This document shows, piece after piece, positions 57,479 to 64,000 of a stretch of DNA of 64,000 bases. This DNA is from Eledone cirrhosa (lineage: Eukaryota), in contig OZ024741.1 in assembly GCA_964016885.1 (NCBI GenBank), positions 267,220,001-267,284,000 on the forward strand. Direction: 5' to 3'. The position numbers and the translations under genes are program-made. The notes under the pieces were generated by a model that was given only the letters and a program-made list of their open reading frames with translations, was not told the origin of the DNA and did no database searches. The number at the start of each line of letters is the position of its first letter. The stretch's first letter is position 1.

Positions 57479-59791
57479 AGGAAGGTGTGGAGAAGAAAGG
57501 TCTGGAAGCTAAAAGACCTTTCACTAAAATTCAAATTTAGGAAAGCCCTTCAAGAGGTATATGACGAAAAAGAAGACGATTTAGAGACGTATGACATAGA
57601 TAATAACTGGAAGTTCTTACGTGACAACTTGCTGAAGGCTACTGATGAAACCTGTGGCTGGAGCAGAGCTCCAACCAGACAGAGAGTGACCTGGTGGTGG
57701 AACAGCAGTGTAGATAAGGCTATTAGAGACAAAAGACTAGCATGGAAGGCTTGGAAAAAGGGTGGGAGTAGGGAAGAATATACAGCCACTAAGAGAGAAG
57801 CTAGACGTCAGGTGTACTTAGCACGCAGGGAGGCAGAGAGTAGGAGGTTTGCCAATGTTCTGCGACGGGAAGATCACAGGCGTGCGGTGTTCCATGTTGC
57901 AAGGCAGTGTGTCAATGCAAATCAGGATGTTGTTGGTGATAAATGTGTCCGGGATGATGCCGGTGTACTTAGTGTCACGAATGACCAGAAAAAGGAGGCC
58001 AGGAAATGTCATTATGAGAGACTGATGAATGTGGAGAACGAATGGGAGAGAGAGAAATTACCCTTGGTAGATCCGACAGAGGGACCAGCTATTGAGATTG
58101 ACGAATATAGGGTCCAAGAGGCGATTAGGGAAATGAAAAATGGTAAGGCGGCCGGACCATCGGGAATAGTTGCTGAGATGCTGAAGGCATCAGGGGACGT
58201 AGGCACTAAACTGGTTGCACGCATCATCAATCAGGCTATATATGGTGGTGTCATACCCAAAGACTGGTGCAGCAGTATTCTCATAAATTGCTACAAAGGT
58301 AAAGGGGATGCTTTGGAGAGGAGCAATTATAGGGGTATAAAACTGATAGATCAGGTTATGAAAGTGGCAGAAAGGATTTTAGCACAACTAATTAGAGAAA
58401 GGGTCAAACTAGATGAGATGCAGTTTGGTTTTGTGCCTGGGAAGAGTACAACAGATGCCCTCTTCTTGGTGAGACAAATGCAAGAGAGGTTCTTAGAGAA
58501 GAATAAGCCACTATACTTAGCCTTTGTTGACCTAGAGAAGGCCTTTGATAGGGTACCCCGATCTGTCATCTGGTGGTCCCTAAGGAAGCTGGGTGTTGAG
58601 GAATGGCTTGTAAGGACAGTGCAAACTTTGTACAGAGGTACTCTCAGTAAAGTCAGGGTAGGTATGGAGTTTAGTGAGGAATTCCAGATACAAGTAGGAG
58701 TACATCAGGGTTCGGTCCTCAGCCCGCTCTTGTTCATTATAGTCCTCCAAGCCATAACAGAGGAGTTTAAGACTGGCTGTCCATGGGAACTTCTCTATGC
58801 TGACGATCTGGCTCTTATGGCAGAATCAGTAGAGGAGCTAGAGAATAAATTCCGGCTATGGAAACAGCAGTTGGAAGCAAGAGGACTGAGAGTAAATCTA
58901 GCTAAGACAAAAGTGTTGATGAGTAGAAAAGAGGACAAAACCCTGATTCCGTCAGGGAAATGGCCATGTTCGATATGCAGAAAAAGAACTGGCATAAATT
59001 CTATAAAATGCACACAATGTAGATCCTGGGTACACAAGAGATGTAGCGGGATAGCAGGCAAACTAACAGGTAGGGAGAAATATGTATGCAGTAGATGTAC
59101 AGGGAAATTAGACAGTAGAAGTCGCACTGATAGACACATTTTTCAAATGCGAGAGGGCGCTATAGAAGTGGTGGATAGCTTCCGCTACCTAGGAGATCAG
59201 ATTAGCATGGGAGGAGGGTGTTCCGAGGCCATAGTATCTAGAATAAGGACGGGTTGGAAGAAGTTTAGGGAGCTGCTTCCTCTGTTGACGAAGAAGGGTT
59301 TCTCCCTGCGTACGAAAGGCCGGTTGTATGATGCCTGTGTGAGGAGCGCGATGCTGCATGGTAGTGAGACATGGGCAGCAACCGCAGAAGATATGCGACG
59401 GCTGGAGAGAAATGAGGCAAGCATGCTCCGTTGGATGTGCAGTGTAAATGTGCGTGAACGACCCAGCATAAATGTGTTGAGAGAGAAACTGTGTCTGAGA
59501 GGGATAGAATGTAGTGTACGGGAGAGGAGACTGAGGTGGTATGGACATGTGATGCGCATGGAGGATGACCGATGGGTGAAGAAGTGCCAGGAAATGCCAG
59601 TTGAAGGAAGACGTGGTAGAGGTAGACCACGAAAAACATGGGCGGAGGTGGTGAGAACAGACCTCAGATCATTGAAGCTCACGGTGGAGATGACGAGGGA
59701 CCGTGACGAGTGGAGAGATGCTGTGCTGAATAAGACCCGTCCCACCCTTGCAAGCAGGGAAAAGCGGACGTAAAATGATGATGATGATGAT
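57479..59791 (+). mobile_element. 5'-truncated RTE LINE (family B) with an open RT-PHD ORF
   Basis: Uninterrupted frame to 59773 with [33 protein letters not shown] and LYADD. No endonuclease (truncated). (ATG)n tail; (TA)n flanks. Confidence 0.95.
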
Positions 59792-59792
59792 G

Positions 59793-59827
<35 letters not shown>

Positions 59828-59844
59828 ATATATATTTATATATG

Positions 59845-59876
<32 letters not shown>

Positions 59877-60171
59877 TATGTATATTTATATATGTATATA
59901 TATATATATATAGTTAAAAGAATAGAGGTATAACACACAAGTTATTATATATTAGTAAACGGAATAGAAAATGCTGACAAATTGTTCACAGTTGAAAAAT
60001 GGTTTAATTAGGAATAAAATAGTATTAGTGATTGTATGGGTTAGTATTCAGTTGTGGTTTTAAGTTTTTAAGTTTTTACCGGTTGCGCATTTCTAAATGC
60101 TTTTCAAAAATAATTTTGAGATAGAGTGTCCGTGCTGTTTGCTCTGATCAGAGCAAACAGCACGGACACTA

Positions 60172-60888
60172 AACTTTACATAGAACGGGGTGGTGTGGAT
60201 GGGGTGGGGGTGGTGGCGGGACGGGGTGTATTTTGTTAGAGATGCCTACTGGCAAGGTGGGTCTTCTCTGTTACTGAGTACCGCCAAAGGTCTCGGTCCA
60301 GTGACATTGTCTTGGAGAGGTGTAAGTGTGTGAGGTCGGAGTTTATCAGCTCGTCCCAGGTTTTTCTAGGTCTGCCTATTCCGTGGCTACCGTCTATCTT
60401 TATTGCCCTGCACTTTGTTATACAGCTATTGACTTTCATGCGCATCACGTGTCCATACCAACGTAGCCTTCTCTCGAGTAAACAACATCTGATCCCTCTT
60501 ATCTCTAATTTTTTCCTTAGTCGTTTATGCTTTGCCGTTCACGTATATTACTGTTACACATCCAGCGGAGCATGCAAGCTTCGTTCCTCTCTAGTCTGCG
60601 TATATCCTCTGCACACAATGCCCAGGTCTCACTGCCATGCAACATTGCTGTTCGTATGCAGGCATCGTACAACCTGCCTTTCATTTTTAGGGAGAACCCT
60701 TTAGCAGCTAATAGTGGTATAAACTCTCTGAACTTTTTCCAACCAGTTCTGACTCTAGCTACAGTACTTTCAGAGCACCCTCCCCCACTGCTGATTTTAT
60801 CGCCCAGGTAACGGAAGCTGTCCACTATTTCTATAGAACCCTCTGCGCAATTGAAAGAGCTAGTATTTTGTGGGCACTTGCTGCTACT

Positions 60889-60890
<2 letters not shown>
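60172..60890 (-). mobile_element. RTE LINE family A fragment truncated at both ends
   Basis: Matches 36127-36850. Confidence 0.9.
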
Positions 60891-60919
<29 letters not shown>

Positions 60920-60944
60920 GTATATATATATGTATGTATGTATG

Positions 60945-60977
<33 letters not shown>

Positions 60978-60986
60978 GTATGTATG

Positions 60987-61228
<242 letters not shown>

Positions 61229-61249
61229 GTGTATATATATATATATGTG

Positions 61250-61320
<71 letters not shown>

Positions 61321-61325
61321 GTATG

Positions 61326-61382
<57 letters not shown>

Positions 61383-61389
61383 GTATATA

Positions 61390-61454
<65 letters not shown>

Positions 61455-61457
61455 ATA

Positions 61458-61518
<61 letters not shown>

Positions 61519-61535
61519 GTATATATGTATGTATG

Positions 61536-61566
<31 letters not shown>

Positions 61567-61661
61567 GTATATATGTATGTATATGTATATATATGTATAT
61601 ATGTATGTATATGTATATATATGTATATATGTATGTATATATATATATATGTATATATATA

Positions 61662-62426
61662 ACGGTGATGAATTAGTTTTGCGAGGTTTTTTATATGAAA
61701 TCGTGTGTCGAAACAAATATTGTTATACTTGGGGAGGGTCATATTTGTGTAATATTGCCAGAATTAATAACAGAACACACTCACTGTTTGGTTGGTTTTC
61801 ACTTTTCGCATCTGTGTCTTTTATATCGGTCTTTTATATCTAACTTACTCGGTCCTCAATGTTGCCATTGACTGACCAACGGTCAAAAATAATACAGATA
61901 CAATATAGACACAAACACATATATATAGTTTATCAAAGTTCTTTCATTGCACATCTGCAACATCGTCAGTGGTGCTATTGTTTCCTCCCGTTACAATTTT
62001 TATTTAGTCTGTCTATATATTTATTTATTTATTTGTTTGTTTGTTTATTTTATTTTGTCTTCTTTGTGCATGCGTTTGCGTGTGTGTATAGTGTTTTGTT
62101 TGATGTGTGTTCGTGATTGGGTGATTGTGTATCGGTTAATGTATTCTATCTTTACTAGTGTGTGTTTATATGTGTTTGTTGTTATTGTGCTTGTGAATGT
62201 ATGTATTTATTTATTTATCTATTTATTTATTTATTTATACTTCTCTTAGGTCAGTGTTGTTTGTTTGGGTGTTGTTGTTATTCCATTCATTCTTTCTGTT
62301 TAGTCTTGGCCTTCTAAGTTCTATTTCACTGGCCTCTCTGATTTGCCTATCTGCTGGGTCATTTCTATGTTTAGATATTATTCTAATTTCTATGTTGTCT
62401 ATGTTACCATCGTGTTGTTGTCTGGC

Positions 62427-62430
<4 letters not shown>
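61662..62430 (-). mobile_element. 3' end of a PLE related to PLE 1, with a degenerate hammerhead at ~61932-61973
   Basis: HARQQHDG...RQIREASEIELRRPRLNRKNEW; CTGACGA-tgTTGCA gatg TGCAAt-GAAAGAACTT; shares the terminal motif ATGACCCTCCCMAAGTATAACAATA. Confidence 0.8.
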
Positions 62431-62498
<68 letters not shown>

Positions 62499-62749
62499 AT
62501 AAATTAACGGAGGCATAGGCCGTCGTTATTCCCTGTAAATAATGTGCTCAAAGGGGAAGAGATCCTGAGCCCTTTAAAATATAATATGTTGAGAAGGTAA
62601 CACACCAGAGAGAGATATATAGTGCGTTATCAATAATACAGGGAAAAAACCACCAGTGTATGGAATCTATAACCTATGAAAGGCAGACTATAGACACGAT
62701 AATTAAAAATATAAATTAAAGCGTAAATAAATACCTTTATAACTATATA

Positions 62750-62830
62750 ACACACGTACAAATCCAAAGATATGTTTCACCAAAAAATTTGTTGAAAGAA
62801 ATGGTCTAGTCTCGGTTCATCAGCGTGTGT
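62750..62830 (-). ncRNA. Type I hammerhead ribozyme with a full stem III hairpin
   Basis: ACACACG-CTGATGA-ACCGAGA...TTTTGGT-GAA-ACAtATC tttg GATtTGT-A|CGTGTGT. Confidence 0.8.
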
Positions 62831-63073
62831 AAGGCCATACATTTCAGACAACACTATTTTCAGACAACAAAAATTTTTTGGTGAAACATATCTTTGGATT
62901 TGTACGTGTGTTATATAGTTATAAAGGTATTTATTTACGCTTTAATTTATATTTTTAATTATCGTGTCTATAGTCTGCCTTTCATAGGTTATAGATTCCA
63001 TACACTGGTGGTTTTTTCCCTGTATTATTGATAACGCACTATATATCTCTCTCTGGTGTGTTACCTTCTCAAC

Positions 63074-63117
<44 letters not shown>

Positions 63118-63305
63118 GATAAATCTACCAAAAGTTTACGGTAGTGTCCAATCCGTATGAAGAACTCAATGTAATCTGGATATCATGAAAAGAGAAGATG
63201 CATTCAAAAACTACTTTCGGTGAAAAATAAACGGAAAACAGAGTCAAGATAAATTAATAAAATAATGAATAAACAAAGAAACAGTTCCTTATACTAAAAA
63301 AAATT

Positions 63306-63445
63306 CATCATTTTACGATCGTTTCTAGGATATATATGTGTTATAGTTGGTATGCATATTCTATAGATCTATGTACAATATTTATACAAACTATCAGAGG
63401 GAATATACATACCTACACATATATATGCTGTCTTCAGAAATAATG
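63306..63445 (-). ncRNA. Type I hammerhead ribozyme with ~105-nt stem II (element 63115 to window end)
   Basis: CATTATTT-CTGAAGA-cAGcATATATATGTGT.GGTATGTATATTC...GAATATGCATACC...ACACATATATATcCTa-GAA-ACGATCGT-A|AAATGATG. Confidence 0.82.
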
Positions 63446-64000
63446 ATATTTGTTTATTGAAAAAAAACAAAGATTCAATACAATAGGTCTGTTTGGGAAC
63501 AGGTTTTGAATTGACCAATAGAGAGATAGTGAGGGTCAAGATAGTAATATAGTAGTAGAAGAACCTTAAATTATGGGTAGAGGAAGGTAGATTTCAGTTT
63601 TGGATGGAAAAGAATATTATGAATGAAGGATTATTTTAGGGAAGAAATAGGTCTTATGCTGACCTCAGAAATAATTTTATTTGTTCATTGAATAAAACCA
63701 ACAAAGATCTAATATATTCTGTCTGTTTGGTAAGAGGTTTAGAATTAACCAATAGAAAGTTAATAATTGGCCAAATGGTAAAATAGTAGTAATTGAAGCT
63801 TATTTTAGGGGTGAAAATAGGTCAGGTGGTCAGTAAAAGGTATACAAGCAGTTGCTGTTATAAAATAGTAATGCCAATACAAATATCTAAGGTGACTAAA
63901 GTTTTACGATAAGAATGTTAGTGAAAAAAATACATCTATGAAAAGAATATAAATTAATTTAATTGATTGGTATATTTATATTGATAAAATTACACTAATA

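Overview
Repeat-rich eukaryotic genomic DNA. The SINE and RTE families and the (TA)n content suggest an octopus or other coleoid cephalopod (inference). Two host genes face away from each other: exon 1 of syntaxin-18 (minus strand, 1765-1917) and five coding exons of a FAM184A/B-like coiled-coil gene (plus strand, 10412-34677; no stop is reached, so the gene probably continues past the window). The introns hold SINEs, a Helitron, Tc1/mariner and hAT elements, CRE/R4 remnants, RTE LINEs with a PHD-like finger inside the RT, and Penelope-like elements (PLEs) embedded in multi-kb (TA)n arrays. The main observation is about 13 type I hammerhead ribozyme motifs, from at least seven unrelated sequence families, at TA-flanked element termini. 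Several have very long stem II arms (50-105 nt) and palindromic stem III, one pair covaries, one is a tandem 535-nt retrozyme-like unit, and several sit in long fold-back palindromes. All RNA structures were paired by eye; no folding or database search was run.
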